Source: Azolla caroliniana (Eukaryota > Plantae > Polypodiophyta). Taken from it: DNA of 64,000 bases. Positions within the stretch are counted from its first letter, which is position 1; the number at the start of each line of letters is the position of its first letter. A model generated the notes under the pieces. The model had not been told where the DNA came from. It saw only the letters and a program-made list of their open reading frames with translations, and did not search any database. A program made the position numbers and the translations under genes. The stretch is taken from NCBI GenBank assembly GCA_043228905.1, contig JBHGNT010000002.1:13330001-13394000 (forward strand). The letters run 5' to 3'. This document shows positions 22,438-34,662 of the stretch, piece after piece.

Positions 22438-25400
22438 CTATCTTTCATCTTCATGTTGATCTATTGGAGGAGGTTCAAGCTCAAACCTTTTCTTAAATAC
22501 TTTTATCCTCTTTCCAGCTACCACGTTTAGGATTAGTGTCCCATCCAATTCACTAAGCTTATAAGTAAAGTTATCATATACTTTTCTTACTATATAAGGC
22601 CCAAACCATCTTTCAGCGAACTTGCGAACAGTGCTATGTTGATTATCTAAACTGCTATCATACACAAGCACCCAATCTCCTTCTTCTATTTTCTCAGGTC
22701 GAATTCTATGACTTTTATCAAAACGGATTTTATTCTTTAGTCGAGCCTCCTTCAATCGTTGGGCAGCTATTTCTATATCTTCAGGTCGACGCTCTAATTG
22801 TTGAATTCGCAAAGCAAGCAATTCTTCTCTGCTCACCTCTTCTCTCCATGGAATAGATATCCATGACATAATTGATTCTTCTATCGGCATGATGGGCTTT
22901 TGGCCAAGTATCAATTCAGCTGGCATGTATCCTGTTACTGAACTATGAGTTGTTCGATCCGCCCATAGTGCATAAGGTAGCATGCGTGGCCAATCTCTTA
23001 TTTTACCTTTACAGCTTTTCACTATCGCCTTAACTATTGGGCTATGTCCTCTTTCAATCTTTCCATTGGCTTCTGGATTATACGCAGTTGTAAGTGATAA
23101 TTTGACCCCTATTCGGTTGAAGAATTCTCTAGCTTCATCAGAGTTGAGTTCTCCTCTATCTGCAATTATTTTACCAACACACCCGTAACGACATATTACA
23201 TCTTCTAACAAAAATTTACATACAGCTCTAGTTGTTTTTTGTCGTAGTGGTCTTCCTTCTACTTGGTTTGTAAGGTCTTCTCTTGCTAGTACTAAATATC
23301 GCATTTGACCTTCCCCAAGTGGCATTGTCACTAGATCGACCATCCATTTATAATGCATTGATGATGAATATGTTGGTTTCAGCTCATCTCGATACCGGAT
23401 AGTTGAATACCTCTGGCAAACCTCACAGGTTTCCACAAATTTCGTTACATCTTTGTACATATGTGGCCACCAATACTTTTCTTTCAACTTCATAAATGTC
23501 GCCCATATGCCTCTATGTCCTGCCCACAAACTATCATGGAATTCATTAATTAATTTTCTCTTAATGTCATCCTTACAAATGACTCGAAGAGGATTTTCGG
23601 TTGGCCTTTTTGGACGCCTCCATAAATGCCCTTCATGTAAAAAAAACTTGAATGCTCGTCTTCGAAATTCATTTAATTGTTTCTTCGACCATGATGGGTT
23701 GGCTTCTTGAGTCTTTAGAAAATTTCCTATTTCTAACCATTGACCTTCATACTCCACATCTTTGAACATTATACTTACATTAAACTCATCATGAGGCGTA
23801 ATAGATTCTTGATGAGCAAATTGATGGCTTGTAGTTGCCCAGTTCTTATCTTCAGTTTGCATCACCTTTTCATTTATGAACCTTGCCCTTGACAACATAT
23901 CTGCAATTGGGTTGTCTTTTCCCTTTATATGCCGCAATTCTGGGTTCATGGTTCTGATGTATGCAATCCATCGAAGCATTGCAATATCTGGTGTCATGCA
24001 ACTTGCTATCATTCCAATGAGTGGCAAACAATCTGTTTCAACCACGACATCTGCTCCAACCAAGTAATCTCTATCTGTTTTTAATGCAGTAAGCAAACCC
24101 CACAATTCTCGTTTAACTTGTGCATAGTTTCTTTGTCTTTCATTTAATATCTTTGCTCCAAATCTGATAGCATATCGATGTTGGTCTTCATCTTCTTGGT
24201 TGATAACCCAACCGATCCCGATTGGGCTAGTATCAACTGTTACTATAATTGGTCTTTCACCTTTGTAGTCTGGTTGACGAAGAACTGGTGCTTTCAGTAA
24301 TGCTTCTTTCAGCTGTTGAACAACTTGTGTATGTTCATCAGTCCAAATAAACTTCTTTCCTTTTCTTAAAAGTTGGTAGAGAGGATCTGAGACATGTGCA
24401 AAGTGTGGTAACCAAATATGATAAAACACACATGCACCCAAAAATCTTCTCACCTCTGTTACCGAGTCGCAAACTTCCTTCATATTTTGTATTGCGTTAA
24501 TTTTGATTGGTGAAGGCTTCCTCCCATACCACCCACACATATGACCAACTATTAGAACTTCGTTTTGCCCAAAGCAAGACTTTGTTCCTGATAGTGTCAA
24601 ATGTACCTGCTCAAGCTTATTTAAAATACTTTCACAGTCATTAATGTGATCCATCACAAACTTTCTGCAACCATTTCCAACCATAGTCTCATCTTTCTCT
24701 CTTTCTAAGCATCCCTTAATAGGAATATCATCTAAAAATGGCATAGTTACCTTTGGGATGTATTCATGTAGAACTTTGTTCATTGCATTCATCATATGAG
24801 CAACCGAATTCGTCGCACCTTGAGGTAGAGTGCACATTCGAACCAACCCAATTGGTGTTTTCATTGTTGTGATGTTGCGACTATCAATTGCTAGTTGAAA
24901 TTGGTCGTATCCTGAATATAGGTCTCCCATAGAGTAAATCGCTCTTCCAGCAAACGCTTCCGCAAATTCATCAACGATCGGTCCAATTCCCGCATTTCGG
25001 ATTGTGACTTTGTTGACTGGTTGTAGATCTTGAATGAATCTTAGAGAACCATCTTTCTTTGGAACTGTGAACCATCTATTGGAGTATGGTGCATTTGAAG
25101 GCTCTAATATCTTCATCTTGACTTTATCCTTCAACAGCTCCAATAATTGAGGTAATCGAGCTCTCGGTACTGCAATAGGTTTAAAATTCCAAGGAATATG
25201 AGGGATAGTAAATATTACCATTGGCGTCACCACCTTTGGATTTACACAACCAATCTCCTCAGCTTTGAATGCGAACGCTTTCCCATGCCTAAAGATCATT
25301 TCTTTGAAAGTCGCGATCTCTGATTGCAGAAGAAATTCACCCCTTCCGATTCTCAAGTTATTTATTGTCTCCAAAGTGAAGTGATGTCCGATCTTCTCTA

Positions 25401-25968
25401 TTGGTCGAAGCATAGGCTCGGTTGCTGCTGCCTCCATCTTCTCTTCACTACCAATAGGTAATGGTACTGCAGCAGGTTTGACCTTTTTATCTATTGTTTT
25501 GTATTTTGTATTACATAAACTTTCTACTTCTTCATATTTACAATTATACCTATCAATCTCATAATACATATCAATTGAGTTTACATGTATCTTTCTAACA
25601 TTCTCATCATCTTCTTTCAAATACATTTCTAACTCTTCTAAAGTATTTGCAAAAGAAATTTCTTCCATAACACTTTCAATCTGCTCTTCCATTTCAAGTA
25701 CTCCATTATCCTTCAATGCCTGCTGAAACAGATTAGCATTCTTTTTCAAGTTCCTCTTGCATTCATACATCCTAGTCACACATATAGCACCACTTTCAGA
25801 AACATGAAATGACTTATTCATATGTTGTAATGCCCTATATGAGGGTCTTTTAATAATGGGACTATTGCAACCCTCACTCGCAACAGTCCTAGTCAAAAAC
25901 CTGATTATCAAAATCATCATAGTCTTTTGGTATTGAGTGATCACGAAGCTCTTGCTTGTTCCTCTCAT
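22438..25968 (-). CDS. pol: Gypsy Pol polyprotein (RT, RNase H, integrase); true start uncertain
   Basis: 1176-aa ORF: DLYSGYDQ, LPQGATNS, PFLDDIPIKG, TVDTSPIGIG, H-x6-H...CEVC zinc finger, VDLV / ADRGE / GKIE integrase core, WFGPY. Confidence 0.93.
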   Translation of the reverse strand: MRGTSKSFVITQYQKTMMILIIRFLTRTVASEGCNSPIIKRPSYRALQHMNKSFHVSESGAICVTRMYECKRNLKKNANLFQQALKDNGVLEMEEQIESVMEEISFANTLEELEMYLKEDDENVRKIHVNSIDMYYEIDRYNCKYEEVESLCNTKYKTIDKKVKPAAVPLPIGSEEKMEAAATEPMLRPIEKIGHHFTLETINNLRIGRGEFLLQSEIATFKEMIFRHGKAFAFKAEEIGCVNPKVVTPMVIFTIPHIPWNFKPIAVPRARLPQLLELLKDKVKMKILEPSNAPYSNRWFTVPKKDGSLRFIQDLQPVNKVTIRNAGIGPIVDEFAEAFAGRAIYSMGDLYSGYDQFQLAIDSRNITTMKTPIGLVRMCTLPQGATNSVAHMMNAMNKVLHEYIPKVTMPFLDDIPIKGCLEREKDETMVGNGCRKFVMDHINDCESILNKLEQVHLTLSGTKSCFGQNEVLIVGHMCGWYGRKPSPIKINAIQNMKEVCDSVTEVRRFLGACVFYHIWLPHFAHVSDPLYQLLRKGKKFIWTDEHTQVVQQLKEALLKAPVLRQPDYKGERPIIVTVDTSPIGIGWVINQEDEDQHRYAIRFGAKILNERQRNYAQVKRELWGLLTALKTDRDYLVGADVVVETDCLPLIGMIASCMTPDIAMLRWIAYIRTMNPELRHIKGKDNPIADMLSRARFINEKVMQTEDKNWATTSHQFAHQESITPHDEFNVSIMFKDVEYEGQWLEIGNFLKTQEANPSWSKKQLNEFRRRAFKFFLHEGHLWRRPKRPTENPLRVICKDDIKRKLINEFHDSLWAGHRGIWATFMKLKEKYWWPHMYKDVTKFVETCEVCQRYSTIRYRDELKPTYSSSMHYKWMVDLVTMPLGEGQMRYLVLAREDLTNQVEGRPLRQKTTRAVCKFLLEDVICRYGCVGKIIADRGELNSDEAREFFNRIGVKLSLTTAYNPEANGKIERGHSPIVKAIVKSCKGKIRDWPRMLPYALWADRTTHSSVTGYMPAELILGQKPIMPIEESIMSWISIPWREEVSREELLALRIQQLERRPEDIEIAAQRLKEARLKNKIRFDKSHRIRPEKIEEGDWVLVYDSSLDNQHSTVRKFAERWFGPYIVRKVYDNFTYKLSELDGTLILNVVAGKRIKVFKKRFELEPPPIDQHEDER

Positions 25969-28063
25969 GATTTGGGCGAACTGTCATAAATTGTACAGTT
26001 CGTCGTCCATCTTGGCTACGGATTTTTGCATAGGCAGAACCATTGTCAAGGACTTTGGTCTCCATTCGTACCGCTGTAATGTATGGTTGCCCCAGGATTA
26101 TTGGATAGGTAGATCCTTCTTGCACAAAGAAATGTTGATCTACCTCTATATCACCAATAGTAACCTTTACATTTGGGCATGCACCAAATAAATCTTCTGT
26201 GACTGATGTGGCAGCTTTTACTCGCCAACCATGTTGAGTATCAATTGGCCATCTACCTTTCCTGTAAAAATCAGCACTCATTATATTTATTTCAGAACCA
26301 TGATCAATAAGTGCCATCACGGGGTCTGGAACATTTCCAATCTTCACATGAGTCTCAGTAGTGGCTCTTGCCCAACATTTGCGAGAGTAATGGCTTCTTA
26401 CATTTGTTGAATTTATCATTGAGGTTGATGCATGTTGAGAGTCAACAACGATATTGTTTGACTCGTTGCTCACCACTTCATATGCCACCTTCGGATTTGT
26501 CTCTTTAACCTGCTCATTTACTTGCTTCTTTCTTCGCACAATATCAATTATTTCATCATGAAATTCCTTTTTTGCAATACCTAACACTTCTCTTAGTGTA
26601 AATTCTACTCGACTGTCTAGTATTCTTGTTTCTAAAACTTTCTTTAAATCTGTATCCTTTTCAATATCAGACATTAATTTGAATGAAGGACCAGATTTAC
26701 CTTTTTCAACTTTTGCGTCCATCTCTTTTTTTTTGCTTTCTCTTGTTTCATGCTTTTTGGTTGAGCCAATCTCATCATCCGATCTTTTCCTTTTTTCTTC
26801 CACTATCACCTCATGCTCTTGGTGTTCTGCCATTTGAGCATAGACTGTCATAACATCTACTGGAACATCCCATCCAGTGTTTTTCCTCACAGAATCTCCG
26901 GCAACACGAAGGTCTTCCATCTTCATCTTTTGCTTTTGTGCGGTACTTACAACCTTCTCCCAGAATGATGATCGGGATGGCATGTCATCGAGGCGCATTC
27001 CTGCCGTTGCCGAGTAATACATTGCGGAAGCCTTCTTTGCTTCAGCTTCTTCAAATTTAACCTTAACACCACCATCACCAAAGTTCTTTGTAAGCGGAGA
27101 TCTAGTTTCAGTTAAGTAAATGTTACCATTTTTCCAATAGACCAAGTCCCGATTCTCCATGTCTTTATAGTCTTCACAATCACGTAGACGATGTTCGAGA
27201 CTATCACACCACATGCATCGAGGTCGAAATGGTTCCCTTGACCTCGAAGTTTGACCATTCTCAAGCTTTGCCACTTTAATTGTTAGATCTTTCATACTTT
27301 GAACTAAATCATCAAGCAAAAACTCACTCTTAGTTCCCGTCATTTCTCGTGGTTGATGGACCATTTCGTGTGATGGTTCTCGACCAAGTCTTTGAACTTC
27401 AATGTTTTGCTCAAGCCGATTTGTGTTTCCCACATGTGGTATTTGTAGCATTACACCATTCCTTTGCATTCTTTTCATAAATTTATTACAAGCATTTGTT
27501 ACCTCATTCCAATCTGTCGTTATACCATCCTCGGTATTTGGCACTTCAAGCATAAATTCCAATTCTTTTCTATATCTCTTGTCAACTGCCTGCAAAAATA
27601 AAGCAACCTTTTGCCAAGACAAAGAATTTCTTTCTTCTGGCTTTAGGTGTCCATACATCATATCAAACTCTTTTTTTGTGTCAGACACAGATAACCCTTT
27701 ATCTTCTTTTAAGATCCATTCATGAAATGAACGCATAGTAACTCGAGAGAAATCCTCACGAGCATATTCAGACACAAGTGCTTCTTTGAATGCATTCCAA
27801 TCCAAACTATGCAATGCTTGTATTTCATGAATTCTATCTCTTAATTCCATGTCCACTAATTTATAAAAGTTTGCTAACATATTGACATCATTTATACCAA
27901 ACATTTCCATTTCATCATAATATATATTCACGAACTTCGAAATATTTGTGCCATCAAACATACCAATCTTCTCTCGGACTTCTCGTAAGGCATGAAATAA
28001 TCGATCTTGATTCAACTTTTCAATAAACAACATTACCGGATCCATTGTACTCGTACTTGCCAT
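25889..28063 (-). CDS. gag: Gypsy Gag-protease polyprotein
   Basis: 724-aa ORF: FDGTNISKF, zinc knuckle CMWCDSLEHRLRDC, aspartic protease LIDHGSEINIM...IILGQPY. Confidence 0.93.
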   Translation of the reverse strand: MASTSTMDPVMLFIEKLNQDRLFHALREVREKIGMFDGTNISKFVNIYYDEMEMFGINDVNMLANFYKLVDMELRDRIHEIQALHSLDWNAFKEALVSEYAREDFSRVTMRSFHEWILKEDKGLSVSDTKKEFDMMYGHLKPEERNSLSWQKVALFLQAVDKRYRKELEFMLEVPNTEDGITTDWNEVTNACNKFMKRMQRNGVMLQIPHVGNTNRLEQNIEVQRLGREPSHEMVHQPREMTGTKSEFLLDDLVQSMKDLTIKVAKLENGQTSRSREPFRPRCMWCDSLEHRLRDCEDYKDMENRDLVYWKNGNIYLTETRSPLTKNFGDGGVKVKFEEAEAKKASAMYYSATAGMRLDDMPSRSSFWEKVVSTAQKQKMKMEDLRVAGDSVRKNTGWDVPVDVMTVYAQMAEHQEHEVIVEEKRKRSDDEIGSTKKHETRESKKKEMDAKVEKGKSGPSFKLMSDIEKDTDLKKVLETRILDSRVEFTLREVLGIAKKEFHDEIIDIVRRKKQVNEQVKETNPKVAYEVVSNESNNIVVDSQHASTSMINSTNVRSHYSRKCWARATTETHVKIGNVPDPVMALIDHGSEINIMSADFYRKGRWPIDTQHGWRVKAATSVTEDLFGACPNVKVTIGDIEVDQHFFVQEGSTYPIILGQPYITAVRMETKVLDNGSAYAKIRSQDGRRTVQFMTVRPNHERNKQELRDHSIPKDYDDFDNQVFD

Positions 28064-28107
28064 GTTGATGTTGATCTTTACTTTAGATGTCTCTTCTACT
28101 TCCCCGT

Positions 28108-28125
28108 TTCACGTCGGGTTCACCA
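28108..28125 (-). promoter_or_regulatory. Primer-binding site complementary to the tRNA-Trp 3' end
   Basis: Plus strand TTCACGTCGGGTTCACCA matches the plant tRNA-Trp(CCA) 3' end as I recall it; 5 nt from the LTR. The same PBS occurs at 51661-51678. Confidence 0.85.
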
Positions 28126-28130
28126 AATTG

Positions 28131-29264
28131 TGTCGTGGCGTGGCTCGCCTAGAAGCGTAGCGTTGCGCACACAAAGGATAACGTGAAAGTGAGGAAGGAA
28201 TCACAGGGATTATGGACGGAAGAGACGAAAGAGTAGAGATAGAGTGAATAGAGATCAATAAGATATGACAAAATAGGATTTTTAAGGAATATAAGATAAG
28301 ACAAGATAAGATATAAAATAATATATGAGAAAGTGTATGAAATTTGTAATCATTTTCATGAAAGAGTTACAAAATGATTGTGCACGTCGTTGAACCTCCG
28401 AACTTTGTCTTGCAAGGTAATCGCTCTTCTCTTTCTTGATCGTAGACCACTACAATCTTCACTTCAATATTTTGATGAAGATAAGGCTCGAACCGCCTCC
28501 CTCTTGTTGAGAGTTGACCACCACGACCGCCAAGCTAGAGCTCCACCTTTATCTTGAATTTCTTCCTTTCTTTCTCTATTTTATGGTATCTCTTATGTAA
28601 TATATATTTGATTGATATCTCATACATATCCCCCTTTGATCTTCTCTTTCACCATTTAAATAGGTGCCCCCATGCATATGATGCATTGGAGGGTACAAGT
28701 CATGCATGTAGTGCATGAAATGCATGTGATGCATGATCGCCATTTGGCGTTCATGCATTACATGTGATGCATGATAAACATCTCGCTCATTTGAGCTTTT
28801 ATGTATGAAACAATATATGCAATAACAATAAACATGAAAATATAATCTTAAAGAAAAAGGGCCTAGCTTAATGGTAGGTGTGTTGACTTTGGTGTATGAG
28901 GTTGTTGGTTCGAGTCGCAAAATACTATTGAATACAACATGCAACTTTATTTTTATATCATGAAGCAAATCCTTTATGTAATATAAAGTATATATAAAGT
29001 ATGCTTTATTTTATGAATATTATTAGTGTAGAGTAAATGGTAAGATTTGAGAGTCATAGGGTGGGGTTATTGGTTCAAGTCCTCTCTTGTTCGTGTAATA
29101 TAATATATTTATCTATATATATATTATTTTTCTTTACATATATATAATATTATCATATGTGTTGTTAATATTATCTTTATATATAAAACATTATCAAATG
29201 TTATTTTAGTTACGTATTTATCTTATTGTAGACTTTTAATGTGAAGCTTTCGTACTTCACGACA
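28131..29264 (-). repeat. 5' LTR of the intact gypsy element
   Basis: Direct repeat of 21264-22397. Confidence 0.97.
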
Positions 29265-29604
29265 TCGCTCACTATAAAGAATCAAGAGATGGATTCTTGT
29301 GAAGCGGAATAGATGTGTGTTATGTGCGTGTGCGTGTGCGTGTGCGTGTGAGAGAGAGACAGAGTATACGCAAGGTAGATTGTATTAACAAAGGAGAAAG
29401 ACTCAACATTTTACAAAGAGGGAGGAGGGTGCTTTATATAGTCACCCTCTCTCTTCATTAACTACAAGACTCATGGAGCATGGGGAATGTGAAAGCTCAT
29501 AAGTTATGTGTCATAGAATATGATTCTATGACTCATACTAAATGCTAGAATACAAAGTGGTGACTTAATGGTGACTCTTGACCGTTGGAGTGTCTATTCA
29601 CTCT

Positions 29605-32600
29605 TGACGGGAACTCAAGGCTCCTTATGTCCAACGCTCGGCCAAAACCGAGATTCTTTACTTACACAGAAAACAAGAAACGGAAAAACACGCGACACAA
29701 AAGGAGAGAAGAGGTACACAGGAGGTTTACGTGGAAAACCCCAAGCTAGGGGAAAAACCACGGCAGCCCACAGGCTGCAAACTATCACTATGTGGGAATA
29801 TACAACAGTGAGTTCACTGAGGCACCGACCTCGTGCTCACAAATCTTCGCCACAGGCGGCGGTTACAACAGAGGCAACGACCTCTTTCTCTCTCTCTCTC
29901 TCTCTGTACACTATTACGTGCTCTCTCTTCTTCTTGCACCAACAAGGAAAAATGACAACAACACTTCTAAAAGTTTGCCCTAAGTCATATTTATACTAAT
30001 ATGACTTTTCGGCTATTTACAAATATAGCCTCGATGGACTCTCAGAAACATATTTACAAATATGTCTCTTCATCCAGTTCAAACCGGGTCTGCACCATCC
30101 GGCTCTCCGTAGCCAGGTACTCCTCATCTGGTTCATACCAGGTCTGCACCAACCGGCTCTCCATAGCTGGGTACTCCTCTTCCGGTTTCGGCCTCGGCCG
30201 AGATCGTTCGACGGCACTGTTCTTCTCCCTTCCCATCCGGAGGGACCTGTCTCCCAACAAACTCCCCCTTCACTCCGGCATGGGGTGTCTTACCAGTCCG
30301 ATCCTCTTCCGGCATGCGTCCAGCTTGTCGGGTATCAGCACTTTGGTCAGTATATCTGACCCGTTCTCGGCCGTGTGGATCTTCGTTAGTGCGAACTCTT
30401 GGTCAGCTACTCTTTCCCAGATCCAGTGATACCTCCGTTGGATATCCTTCGTCCGGTAATGGTAGGCCGCATTCTTAGCAAGGTGGATGGCACTTTGACT
30501 GTCGCAGTAGAGTCAGTATTCCTCTTGCCGGATACCGAGCTCTCCGATGAAGTCCTTCATCCATAATATTTCCTTGCCGGCTTCCACAGCCGCCATGTAC
30601 TCCGCCTCTGTGGTTGACAATGCAACCGTCTTCTGCAACCTCAACTGCCACGAAACAGCTCCCCCTGCATATGTCATCACATACCCGGATGTAGACCGGA
30701 TGGTATCCACATCAGCCGACATGTCCGAATCGGTAAAACCGTCCTGTTGAGGTTTTCCGGAGCCGAATCGGAGACACATATTTGAAGTGCCCTTCAAATA
30801 CCGGAGTATCCATTTGACTGCGTTCCAGTGCTCCTTGCCGGGATTACTCATGAACCGGCTTACCACTCCGACTGCATATCCTATATCCGGTCGGGTACAC
30901 ACCATTGTGTACATCAAGCTCCCGACGACAGAGGCATATGGAATCTCCATCATATCCGCCTTCTCTGCTTTCGTCTTCGGGCTTTGCTTACCGGATAGCT
31001 TGCAGTTTGCTGGAAGTGTCGATCCGACCGGTTTCACATCTGACATGTTGAACCGGTGAAGCACCTTTGTCACGTACTTCTCCTGTGACAGGCATAATTG
31101 CTTCTTTGACCGGTCCCGAATGATGTGCATCCCCAGCATCTGTCTTGCCGGACCCAAGTCTTTCATTGAGAAGGTCCGGTTGAGACCCTTCTTCAGCATC
31201 CGTATTTTTACTTGGTCTCGTCCGACGATCAACATGTCATCCACGTACAGGAGGAGTATCAGGAAGTCCCCTCCTTCGAACTTCTTCACAAACACGCAGT
31301 GATCGGCCTGCGTCTTGTGGTACCCTTGATCGGTCATGAAGGAGTCGAACTTCCAGTACCATTGCCGGGGAGCCTGCTTCAGTCCGTACAGCCTCTTCTT
31401 CAACTGGCATACCAGGTGCTCCTTCCCTTTCTCCACAAATCCTTCCGGTTGCTGCATGTAGATCTCCTCTTCGAGGTCGCCGTGAAGGAATGTCGTCTTC
31501 ACGTCCAGCTGCTCTACCTCAAGGTCCATGCTTGCCGCTATACTCAGCACCGTCCGAATGGAGGTCATCTTTACAACCGGGGCAAATATCTTGTCGAAGT
31601 CCACGCCCTTCTTCTGCTGGAACCCCTTCACCACGATCCTGGCTTTGTATCTCGGGGGATTGCCGGCATCTCCCGGTTTCAACTTGTACACCCACTTGTT
31701 TCGGAGTGCCCGCTTTCCTTTCGGCAACTCCACCAATTCGTATGTATGGTTCTCATGCAGGGAATCCATCTCGTCCTGCATGGCACTTAACCATTTTTGG
31801 CTGTGGGTGTCTTCCTTCGCTTCTTCGAAGCTTTCCGGCTCCCCCTCATCGGTCAGCAGAATATGCTCTGCATCCGGAAATCTCCGGGGGGCCCTTCTCT
31901 CTCTGAGAGGATATCTCCGTCTCTGGGCTTTGGTGACCAGCTCTTCCATTTCCTCTTCATCCGAATCCGATTCGGGGTCTTGGCCGGTTCCGGTCTCAGC
32001 TTCCTCTACTTCTTCCTCTGCCGGTTCGGTATCCTCACCGTAACCGGCTGGTTCCCCGAGTGCTAACCGGTTTCTTGCCGGTTGGGTCTGCTCATCGTAG
32101 AGTCTATCCTTACCGGTCAACTCGGAGTTCATTATCTTCTTCTCCGACTCCCAGTCGGCGAGAGTCTTGTCCTCCATGAAGATAATATCTCGACTCCGGA
32201 ATACCTTCTTGTCGACCGGGTCCCACACTCAGTAGCCGAACTCATCGTCACCGTAACCGAGGAATATGCATGGCCGGGTCTTTGGATCTAACTTTCCTCT
32301 CCGGTCCTTTGCTACATGCACGTACGCGAGACACCCGAACACCCTCAGATGCCGGTAGGACACTTCCTTACCGATCCATACTCTCTGTGGCGTGTCTCCA
32401 TCCAAGGGTACTGAGGGTGATCTGTTTATCACATATGTTGCCGTCGACAGTGCCTCAGCCCAAAACTTCTTGGGTAGTTTTGCATGCGCTAGCATACTCC
32501 GGACCCTCTCCATTATGGTCCGGTTCATCCTCTCGGCCAACCCGTTTAGTTCCGGCATCTTCGGCACGGTAAATTCGAGCCGGATTCCCTCCGAGCGGCA

Positions 32601-34623
32601 GTACTCCTCGAACTGCCCCCGGTATTCTCCTCCGTTATCTACTCGAACCGCCTTCAGCTTACAGCCGGTTTCTCTTTCCACTCTCGCGTGGAGCTCTTTG
32701 AAGACGGATAACACCTGATCCTTCGTCTTCAACGGTGTGGCCCACAGCTTCCGGTTGTGGTCATCTATGAACGTCACGAAGTACTGCGCTCCGGCATGTG
32801 ACTTCGTGTCTACCTGACACACATCCGTATGCGCCAACTCCAGTGGTGCAATCCATCTCATCGGTGGCCTTGGTCGGAAGGAGGTCCGGTTCTGCTTACC
32901 GGCCAGACAATCAGTGCACTTCTCTAAGTGCACGTTCTTCACTGGAATGAGGTTGTCGTCTGCAAGCCTCTTCATCCCCTTCTCACTCATGTGACACAGC
33001 CTCTTGTGCCACAGCTCACCGTCAGTGTCGGATGCCACGTTCACTTCTTCCAAGCATAACTGGGCATTCATCAGGTATAACGTGTTTACCTTCCGGGCCC
33101 GAGCCACAATCAGGCTCCCTTTGCTGAACTTCATGACACCGTTCCGGATGCCACCCGTGTAACCTTCATCATCTAGCCGACCGGCTGATATCACGTTCAG
33201 ACGAACTTCCAGAACGTGTCGGACATCCTTCAGCAGCAACTTGCATCCAATTGGTGTTGACAGCCACACGTCTCCTATGCCGACAATTCGGCATGTTCCT
33301 TTGTTCCCCATCCGGACACAGTCGTGGTCACCGGCTGAGTAGGATGAGAAGCATTTCCGATCCGGGGTAAGGTGTAACGATGCTCCAGAGTCTACCACCT
33401 AGGTCATCTCGTCGCCGGCAAGGTTTATTTCACTCTCCTCGGTGATGAGCATCAACTCTTCTTCACTTGCCGCGATTGCCGTCGTTCCCTTCCGGTCCGG
33501 CCCCCTCCGGTCTTTATCGTTCCGGTCCGAGGTTTGCTTCGAACCGGTACCGTCGGTTTCCTTGTCTTTACGGAAATGCCGACAGTTCTTTTGGAAGTGT
33601 CCCGGCTTGCCGCAATAGAAGCAAGTAGGCCTCCCCCTTGACTTTGACCATGTCCCCGACTTCTCCCGGTTCTGGGGACTACGGTTTCTCTGTCTTCCGC
33701 GTTCCGATTCGGTAAGAAGCGCTTTGGAGTCAGAGCTCGTATCTTTGTCTTTCCGACGCGCCTCCTCATCTAGCAAACTCGACTTTACTCTTGCTAGGGA
33801 TAACCGTTTTCCTTCCGGCCCGGCGTTGCCCAAAGTGACAACCAACGTCTCCCAGCTATCCGGGAGGGAACCGAGCAGGAGTAGCGCTAGTACCTCATCG
33901 GCAAGACGTACTTCCAATGACGTTGCCTGGTGTATCAGCCCCTGGAAGGCATTCATATGCTCTGCCATGTTGGAGCCATCTTGGTACCGGAGTCTTACTA
34001 GCTTCCGGAATACCGACACCTGATTGACAGCATTTTTGTTTTGAAACATTATGTCGATCTTCTCCCAGAGCTCATGAGCCTTGCTCTCTTCATTGAAGTT
34101 GTTGTACAAGCTCATGTCGATGAAGCACCGTATGTACGCCGTTGTCTTCATGTGCATCACCTCCCATATCGCGGCGTCGATTTTGTCCAGTCTCTTGTCC
34201 CTGAACTGAACCGGCAGCCAGAGGTCTTTAACCACGAGCATGTCCCTCATCTTCGACTTCCACATTGAATAGTTGGAGTCGGTGAGCTTGAACATGCCGC
34301 CAAACGATTCGTCCATTTTCTGTGTCGATTTCGCTCTGATACCACTTGACGGGAACTCAAGGCTCCTTATGTCCAACGCTCGGCCACAACCGAGATTCTT
34401 TACTTACACAGAAAACAGGAAACGGAAAAACACGCGACACAAAAGGAGAGAAGAGGTACACATGAGGTTTATGTGGAAAACCCCAAGCTAGGGGAAAAAC
34501 CACAGCAGCCCACAGGCTGCAAACTGTCACTATGTGGGAATGTACAACAGTGAGTTCACTGAGGCACCGACCTCGTGCTCACAAATCTTCGCCACAGGCG
34601 GCGGTTACAACAGAGGCAACGAC

Positions 34624-34662
<39 letters not shown>

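Larger units (their letters stand above)
21264..29264 (-). mobile_element. Apparently intact, very young Ty3/gypsy non-chromovirus (possibly Phygy-like); LTRs 21264-22397 and 28131-29264
   Basis: 1134-bp LTRs TGTCGTG...CACGACA, nearly identical (one difference seen, near 21959 vs 28826). tRNA-Trp PBS, PPT at 22398-22410, two uninterrupted ORFs, no chromodomain. Confidence 0.97.

Noticed and set aside
30547-34491. Numerous plus-strand ORFs opposite copia pol (also opposite the other pol genes)
   Set aside because: Antisense shadow ORFs of GC-rich coding sequence, with no independent domain signal.
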